Shown here: piece after piece, positions 39,736-64,000 of the stretch
Layout: every line of letters begins with the position of its first letter
Position numbering within the stretch: position 1 is the first letter of the stretch
Translations under genes and position numbers: made by a program
From: the human T2T-CHM13v2.0 reference genome, Homo sapiens
Assembly (NCBI RefSeq): GCF_009914755.1
Contig: NC_060937.1
DNA: 64,000 nucleotides
Direction: 5' to 3' (one strand)
The notes under the pieces: model-generated
Database searches by the model: none
Told to the model about the DNA's origin: nothing
The model's input: the letters and a program-made list of their open reading frames with translations, nothing else

Positions 39736-41014
39736 CTACCAGGGAAAGTGCAATACATCTATAAATTTCTCATTGAAATATTAATTTAATTTGTATTTTT
39801 GAAAGATAATGCTGGCCACAGTATGAAAGATGATGGAGCATATAAGGCTAGAGGCAGGAAGAACCTTTAGGAGGTCATTTCTTCCCTCGTTAGCAAACAG
39901 GTGAGCTCTGATGAGGCTCTAAACTAAGGAGTGATAGGGGGATCATGAGAGGGAAAGCAGAGGAAAGAGGATTAAAAATAGAAGACTTCCCAGAACGTGA
40001 CAGTCCCTTGGATATAGAGTGAGAGGAGGCCCATCTGCTGAAAGTAACAGAGCTAGGCATAGGTTTGACAGGAGTGTTAAAGGTTCCAAATAGCCACAGG
40101 AAAAAGTACTGACCAGGAACAAATAAAGGCCTTGCTCAAATTACAAACCCAAGATTTGTGGTGGCATCGAGCCCCACAGCAATGTAGGGCGGCAGACATA
40201 GACTGGGGCTTTTCAGGGTAACATGATGGAGCGGAAAGGGGGAATGGACTTTAAGGGCCTGGGGAGAGATGGTTAAAGGCACTTTCACCCAGTGCCAGAA
40301 GTGTAACAGACATGAACTTTCTGGAGAGAAATTTGGCAATGGCTATCAGTATTTCAAATGGCATACTTCTTGACCCAGAAATTCTTTGGAAATTTATTCT
40401 ATAGAAATACTTGTATAAGTGTACAAAGATACACATACACAGAGTAACATAGAAAATCACCACAACTCTGTCTATAACAGCAAAAAATTAGAAAACTGAC
40501 ATGTTCATCAGTAGAGCTCTGTATGTGGGTCATTCACAGAAGCCAAAGTCAGCAGCCATAATGATGGAAAGCCGCATAAATGGTCTGATCACAGACACAG
40601 ATAAACACAGGATGCTATACAGGGGAGCGGGAAGCAGGCTGAAGAATAGCAGAGAAAAGCTGCAGTAGGTATAATCATCCCATTTTTTTAAAAAAAGATA
40701 ATTATACTCACCCATATATAATTGTTTAAGGGAAAAGTCCAAAAAGATATGCATGAAACTATTAACAAGATTGGGAAAAGGTATTCACTTTTTATTTTAT
40801 CTGTTTCACTTGTCTTCCTTTACTTTGTTAAAATAACCATATAATAATAACCTAAAAATTAAACTTATTTTTAAAAATAAGAGAAGAATACTGGAATGGA
40901 GGATATTCAACGGCCATCCCAAGGAATTCTGAAGTCATTTCATGATACTGAGATTGATTTTTTAAAAAATAAGTTAACATAAGGTCTATGCATAAACTCT
41001 AAAGCACCCTAGCA

Positions 41015-41364
41015 CAGGGGTCCCCAGTCCCCAGCTCATGAGCCGCAGGCCGGTACCAGTCCGTGCCCTGTTAGGAACCGGGCCGCACAGCAGGAGGTGA
41101 GCAGCGGGCAAGGGAGTATTACTGCCTGAGCGCCACCTCCTGTCAGATCAATGGCAGCATAAGATTCTCACAGGAGCACGAACCCCATTGTGAACTGCAC
41201 AACAAGGCATCTAGGCTGTGCACTCCATATGAGAATCTAACTCATGCTTGATGATCTGAGGTGGAACAGTTTCATCCCAAAACCATGCCCCCAACACCGC
41301 CATCTGTGGAAAAACTGTCTTCCATGAAACCAGTCCCTGGTGCCAAAAAGGTTGGGGACCACTG
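41015..41364 (-). mobile_element. MER1B-like hAT-Charlie DNA transposon
   Basis: reverse-orientation relative of the 17835 element; TSD CCCTAGCA/CCCAAGCA. Confidence 0.85.
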
Positions 41365-41959
41365 CCCAAGCACACCAATGCATGATGCCAAAACATCTGT
41401 GTCCAGGGTAATATCTTTGTATAATTTTCATGCACTAAAATATGCATAGGTAGTAAATAGCCTATTTAAGTGGAAGCTGCATCCAGAGACTAATTTCACA
41501 GAAATAACCATCAGCTCAAAAGTGACCACAGTAGGGGGTAACTAAAGGGAGAGTTGTTAAAAGTAGCTAACAACAGTCAGGACCCCACAAAAAATCTGCT
41601 TTTGCAAGTTGCTTCCTCCTGTGAACATTCAAGATATAGGTAGGTAGTTCTACAAGGACTTCATCAGTTAATTTTAAAATGTACAGTTGACATTGTTTCA
41701 TTGGAAGAGAAAGGTAGGATTAAATTCTTTAATCTATTACATTAAATATCACGAACAAATAGCTATAGGCATTAGGCTCTTTGGATCTTGCAAAAAATAC
41801 AACTTAGACATATAGAATCTTTACTTTCAGGTAAATCCTGGAATTTAGAAAAGTCATACTGAGGAGCAAAAAACCTCCAGCTCCTCAGTCAGTAATCAGT
41901 TAACTTTCAATGGAGCTACCAAAACAAAGCACTCTTCCTTCTTCCATCTGATACATTCA

Positions 41960-42187
<228 letters not shown>

Positions 42188-42632
42188 CTACAAGAGAAAG
42201 AAAAAGGAAAAGGAAAGAATAGTCAGGGTGAAAATTCTACCCCAACACAAATAATCATAAAAATTAAAATTATCCTACTTAATGAGTACTTAAGATGTGC
42301 TAAACGGTTCTATATGCTTTACACACATTAACCTATTTAACCTGCCTAGTAATCCTGCAAAGTGACCCTAGAGTAGGTAGTACCCACTTTATACATCTCC
42401 GTTTTATACATGGAAACTGAAACATGAGAGGTTAAGTGACTTGCTTGAGGTACCAAAGCTGGTAAGTAGCGCTAAGAGAATTTAACCCCAAGCAGTCTAG
42501 CTATGCTCTTGACCACCATGCTACATTCCCTCTATAATTTGTGTGTGTGTGTATACACACACAACTACACATACACACATACGAATGTGGCATCAATAGG
42601 AAATGCGGTATATGCCACATAAGTATTAGTGA

Positions 42633-46334
<3,702 letters not shown>

Positions 46335-46375
46335 CTATACACTTAAAACTGGTGAAGCTGGTAAATTTTATGTTA

Positions 46376-46624
<249 letters not shown>

Positions 46625-47139
46625 TCAGCTCCAAAAAGAAATAGTAACCCTGTACTTTCTTCCCCAGAACTTCGTACAGCTCCTTCTCCAACCTTCATTT
46701 CTCTCCCATTGCCCCCTCCTCTCTATTAAGTAACCACGGACAGAGTAAAGGAGAGAGAGATGGGTGACAGAACGGGATAGACAGATGCAAAATCTTTAAA
46801 GAAAAAACTTGGTAATAACATAGAAAGATCAGTTTTGTGATCAAAAGCAAAGTTTACGTATGCAAGAATTAGGCTTTCTAAAAGCTTTGATTCATCTCAA
46901 TAGTTTCTGTGTCAGATGCCAAGAAAAAGGCAGATGATAAGAAAGCTCGATGTTAATGTTTACCATTGCTTAACCAAATACCAAGTCACGGGGAACCCAC
47001 AGGGGGCGTGTGGCTACTCGCTCACCAAGTATAGGGGAAAGAGATAGACTGTTTACAAAGGAAACAAAAGTCCCAGGGCTTCTTTGAAGCAGACTATTTT
47101 ATTTTAGTGGCATGAAATCTGGCTGAATTTTTTTTTTTT

Positions 47140-47510
47140 TTACATAAAGCAACCATTTTTTTACGCTCATTTATTCTGTGTCAGGAATTTGGACAGGGGA
47201 CAATGAAGATGGCTTGTCTTTGCTTCACAGTGTGTGTGATCTCAGGAAGATTAAAAGGCTGGAGATGACTTGAGAGTTGAGGACTAGCAACACCTGGAGG
47301 CATTGTCACTCACACTGCTGTGACTATCTCTGGAAAGCATAATCAGCTTATTCTAACAGATTCAACTCAGGAACAGCCAAATGGGGGAGACACACAGGGT
47401 AAGGTATGCGGGGATGAGGGGTGCACGGAGCTCCCATGCCCTCCCTGGCATGCCACCCCCTCCCAGCACCTCGATGTGGTCACCAACCCGGAAGCTCCTC
47501 TGTCTGAATT
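47140..47510. mobile_element. LTR fragments (MLT2-like, then MER21/MER4-group-like)
   Basis: tcaggaatttggacaggg...ggcttgtct, and actcaggaacagccaaatgg...cagcacctcgatgtggtcaccaacccggaagctc. Confidence 0.55.
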
Positions 47511-48333
47511 TTTTTTATAATGACTTTATCTTTTCTGAGATTCTGATGAAGACAGCTTTTCTTGTGTTATCTCTTGAAGTATCATCGTTTCAGGCATTTC
47601 TTTCCACAGCACCCCCGAGTGCCAAGGGCAGGTCTCCCAGAGTTACACATTCTCCTCTTATCTTTCCCATGGTAATAAAACATCCTGACCTATTAAGGAC
47701 AGTCTGCCTGGCAACAACACTCAAGGGCAACAGCAGAAATCCAAGTATTACAGTTAGGCTGCTGGTCACTCACAGCAGTCCCCAGGCAACCAGGGGAAAC
47801 AGACTTCTACTTGTCTACTGTAGAACGAAGACAGCCCACACAAACTCAGAGTCCTCTTCCAGGTGACATGTGGCTCACAAGAGCCATTCCCTCCTACAGA
47901 AATTATGACAGAAACCATAAATGGGAAATTTCATCCTGAGAAAGATGAGGCTTAAGACTGAAAGAAAGAGTATAAAACACAAAAAGTATGATCCATGATA
48001 TTGTGTTAAAAGCTACGGCAGGTGAAAGAAATGTCCAAACTAATGAGTGTTTTAACCCCTGAAAACAGAAAAATAGACTTAAATAGAGAAATGCATACCT
48101 TGTTCTTAGATGGGAAAATTCAGTATCATAAAGATTCTAGTTTTTCCTACATAAACTTATAAAGTTTAAATAGCAATAAAAGCTTAAAGTTACTTTCTGG
48201 AGGTAGACAAATTGATTAGAAAGTTTAATGGGAAGAATAAACAAACAAGAATAAATAGGAAAACCCTACAAAAAAAAAAGCAAGAAGGTAGCTAATTCTA
48301 CCAGTTACTAAAACCTATAACAAGTTTCTATGA

Positions 48334-52817
<4,484 letters not shown>

Positions 52818-53087
52818 AAAGTTGCATTGCAACACAAATCCACTGAAAAATTAGGCTGGAAGGACCATCATTTGCTATATCTAATCATCCACAGCTTTAT
52901 GGAGGCAGTCGAAAACCTCAGAAGTTTGCCTAATTTGCAAGACATCCTATAGCTTTTCCAGAGTTAGCCCGAAGTGTTTAACTTTCACCTGCTTTATGTA
53001 CTTCCTCTCAGAAATTAAGAAGCAAACAATCCAAAATCAGTTATCTGGTATAGCCCTATCTCCCCTAAGCTTAGAATTAACCGGTCA

Positions 53088-53279
<192 letters not shown>

Positions 53280-53652
53280 CTAGAAAATAGATAGTTTTTT
53301 TTCTGAGTCTTTTGACCGAAAGCTGTATTAAAAGCTCCCTTCTCTCCTCTGAAAATAAGACATTTCAACTACAGAGCTCAGGAGGTGAAAAGAGACTGAT
53401 ATGGTTGTTAAGAAAAATTCAACCTCTGTGGACATTGCTTACGTTTCAGAATGTTTGTCTATATTATGAAACTCAGAGTGCTATGGAGTAGACGGGTATT
53501 AAATCAAGAAACTGAAAAAAGAGAAACTATCAAAGCCATAGTCTTCCTGAACTTCAGGATCTCTTTATTTATACCCCGCCTTTTCTCCATCTTTGAACTG
53601 GACACTTTGAAGACCAATTGCCAAATAAGTCCTAAAACGAAACTAGGTTTCA

Positions 53653-53811
<159 letters not shown>

Positions 53812-55155
53812 CTATAAATAAGCCGACATCTCTGCTGGAACAGAAAGGATTCCAGAAAAAAATTAAATAGTCACTGAGCTAACTTTCAAAAAAAAGACCT
53901 GTTAATAAATACTAACAAAAGCTGATTCTAGAATAAATGAACTACCTTTGGTTACATGGATCACTCACTTTCCCCCAGCCATGTGTGCAATCCCTCCTCC
54001 ACCTTCAAACCCCGGACTTTCCTACAAGAGAATAACGTGCAAGAACTAGCTGTTTGTCTTGCCCACTTCCTAGTCAGTGCTTATCTGTTCCACATGTGCT
54101 TCCAACTCACCCTCTTCTTAGACCTCTAAAAACAGCCAAAGCAGCAGGTCAAGACCAAGTTCTGGCTCCAGCACCTCCAACAGCACACACAGAGGGCGCC
54201 TGCAGCTGGAGCATGCTTAGCCAAAGCCTTGTCCCCACCCACCAGAGATATTCTTCCCACCAGCACCAACTTGGATGACAAGGATCAGCTTCAGCCCCAG
54301 GTATCATACCACAAATTCAATGAGGATTAAACGCCGTCAAATCAGGCTATTCATTGTCACTGCATAGCCAGACTACTGGAATAACATTTGGATGTCTTGA
54401 CAAATGTGTGTGCAGGTGGAGGGGGAGGTATGGGTGAGGACAAGTAAAAGATTTGACAGGGGAGTAATACATGAAAATGGGAAAAAAACTTTGGTTTCAA
54501 ATGGACAAAAGGGGATAAGAAAGAAAGTCTCCTTATCATCCCTCCCTGACCCTCTCCTCAAAGGCCACCACTGTTCCCAGTGATCTGTAATTCCTTCTGG
54601 AAACAGTGCTCATGGAAGCACTACATGTATGCATAGGTGTATGTGTATCTTTAAAAACAGAAGCACAAATGGAAGTTTTTTTTCCCTACTTAACAGTACA
54701 TCGGGGAAATCATTCTATATTAGCACACATAGACCTGCTACATTTCTTTCCAATGGTACTATGGCATTCCATTACATCGATTTAGCAATTTACCTTATTT
54801 TCTACTGAGAGACATTTAAGTCAATTCCAGTCTTTTGCTAGAACAATAGTGCAATTGTTGCCTGCACATTATTGTATTGACATGTCTTGTTTTATACAGA
54901 AATTTCTAAAATAAATTCCTAAAAATGAAAATTGCTAGGTCAAAGTCTAATAGCTATTTTACTGTTACTAGCTATTAATATTTCAAACAGTCTTCTATTG
55001 AAGTAGTGGCCATATATAAAATCACCATGGATGTAGGATGGCACCTGTTTACACACACCCTTCCCACACAGCGTACTCTCACGGCATTTCAGTTTTGTTT
55101 AAACTGGCATTTCCCTGTGATGAGTGGAGTTGGATGTCACTTAAAAAAATAATCA

Positions 55156-59325
<4,170 letters not shown>

Positions 59326-59851
59326 ATCACTCCAGAGGGTTGCACAATAATTTAGATGCTTCAAATAGGAAGATATGAAGTGATTCTATTTGTGTTCTAT
59401 TCCTGTATGAAGGAGGCACTGCTAATGGAAAGAACCTTCAACTGGCCTATTCAGCCCAGGCCTTCCCTGACAGTCAAGTACCTTGGTAAGTACCCTGAGC
59501 AAGGTAGCCCAACTCTCTTCCTTCCCATGGTGCTATGGTTTGTCCAAATTATAAGCACCCCCCAAGGAAGCATCCCAACAGAAGCTGCCACCCAAACACG
59601 TCATACAGCTAAACTATGTGCACATCCCAAATTCAAAACAAAACCACAAAAATAAATGTACCCTGTAAGACTTAGTTAGCTTAGCTATGTTATAAAACAA
59701 TATGTCCTGTATGATTACAATTTTTCTAAAGTATAATATATACAGAAATGTATACACCAAAATATATCTCCATGGAGAGATTACAGGTGGCATCATTTTC
59801 TTTCTTTGTATTTTTATTCTATTTTTTGGCCTGCCATCCCCACTTCTTTAG

Positions 59852-60984
<1,133 letters not shown>

Positions 60985-61129
60985 TGAAAATAAAAGTTCA
61001 ATTATTTGAATTATGTTTTACCCCTAGGCTGTTAGAAGTTTTAAGATGTATTCTTGCTTTAGATTCATAACGTAGAGTGGCAGAATGTTTCAGGCAAAAT
61101 CTGGAAAAATGAATTATTAATATAAAATT

Positions 61130-62860
<1,731 letters not shown>

Positions 62861-64000
62861 AAAATCAAATAATCATCCTGTGGGCTTTTATCAAGACTGC
62901 ATTAATAAACTCAAAGATACATTTCTAAAATTAAATATAGAAAGGTTTCAGTCCTAAAAAATGTGTTTGGAAAAGTAAAATCATACTGTTTTAATCATGT
63001 CTTGAGAATATAAGTTCAGATTAGGGAAATTCTCAACGGAGCATTTATAAAAGAAATATAGCCTTCTTAGAATTTTCCAGTGCATACAGCAATTTAAACC
63101 AGACCAAACAAATTGCTAAGATGACAGGTCCTTCCAGGGCTTGTCATCTTGATAATTATAAAAATGATGAGCTGTAATTAGAATGTCAGTCATCTTTAAA
63201 TAGTTACTTCTGAAGTACCTCACTAAGATAGTAATTTTTTTGCAAGCCTTCCATGTTTTATTTAGGAAATACTTTCTGAAAAACAATATTAATGTGTTGC
63301 AGCCTGAATTACCACTCTTTATGAGTTATTATTAGGTGAATCAATGACTTTTTTTTTTAACTGTATAAAGATAAAACAAGGGTGCAAGGAAAGAAAAGAG
63401 GAACGCAAAAATGCAAGCAGAGGTAGAAAGAGTGTAACGTCCTTAAAGATAATATGCCAACCCACTTGGCTCTTCGTATTTTCTCTGGCACTTGAAAATA
63501 CATCCTGTATCCCCACTGCACTTATCCTACGTCCATTAGTCCTACAGATCAATATCCCATTCCCTGGGATGGCTTATCCTAGCTATTGGCACTGTCCCTC
63601 AGAGAACTTGTGGCATGAGGAAGAAAAGGTTATTTTACTTTATACTCTGAAAGCAAATTCAGTCAGGACAAACACAGGCCTTCCAATTTTAGAAATCTAC
63701 ATTTAGAACTGGAAGGCTGAAGGAGTAATGTAGCAACTAATCTTTTAATTCCCCTAAGAGCACATTTATTTTACTTTCCCCAAGGAACAAATATTAAGGA
63801 AAGGCTAATTTTATTTTAGTTTATTTTACTGATCTAGCAAAAATATATTTCAACATGCTTATGGAGATTTTAAAAACAACAGGAAATGGAGAGAAATGGT
63901 ACAGGAAAACTGGTTTTGATGAAATAATGTTCTCAATATTAAACAACAGTGGAAATTTAGGGTTGATCTGTAAGCACATGGCTTCCACACAGACCTCAAC

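Noticed and set aside
63344-63706. 120-aa ORF on the + strand in unique-looking DNA
   Set aside because: No recognisable domain or homology, and it is antisense to an RCBTB1 intron; the length is compatible with chance.

Overview
This is primate genomic DNA, almost certainly human; an SVA element restricts it to hominoids. I recognise it as the 13q14 PHF11/RCBTB1 locus from the hand-translated exons. It holds the last seven coding exons and 3'UTR of PHF11 (+ strand, 4554-15196). Convergent with it is the complete 11-exon coding region of RCBTB1 (- strand, ATG 53790 to TGA 20650; 1596 nt = 531 aa plus stop). The rest is intronic or intergenic, with more than 45 Alus, one SVA, MER1A/B, MER6, MER5A, MaLR LTRs and L1/L2/MIR fragments. 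Almost all ORFs in the supplied track are repeat-derived or chance. The structures least explained by this annotation are: (1) a 117-bp, 100%-identical inverted duplication of apparently non-repeat sequence inside one PHF11 intron; (2) an Alu whose target-site duplication (TSD) encloses ~140 bp of extra sequence beyond its tail, a candidate Alu 3' transduction; (3) an adjacent Alu-Alu tandem duplication with a chimeric Alu; (4) an SVA carrying a 38-nt candidate 5' transduction; (5) a 21-bp-stem hairpin in the last RCBTB1 intron. I cannot support a wholly new multi-gene system here. Repeat family names come from recall of consensus sequences, and repeat boundaries are approximate.
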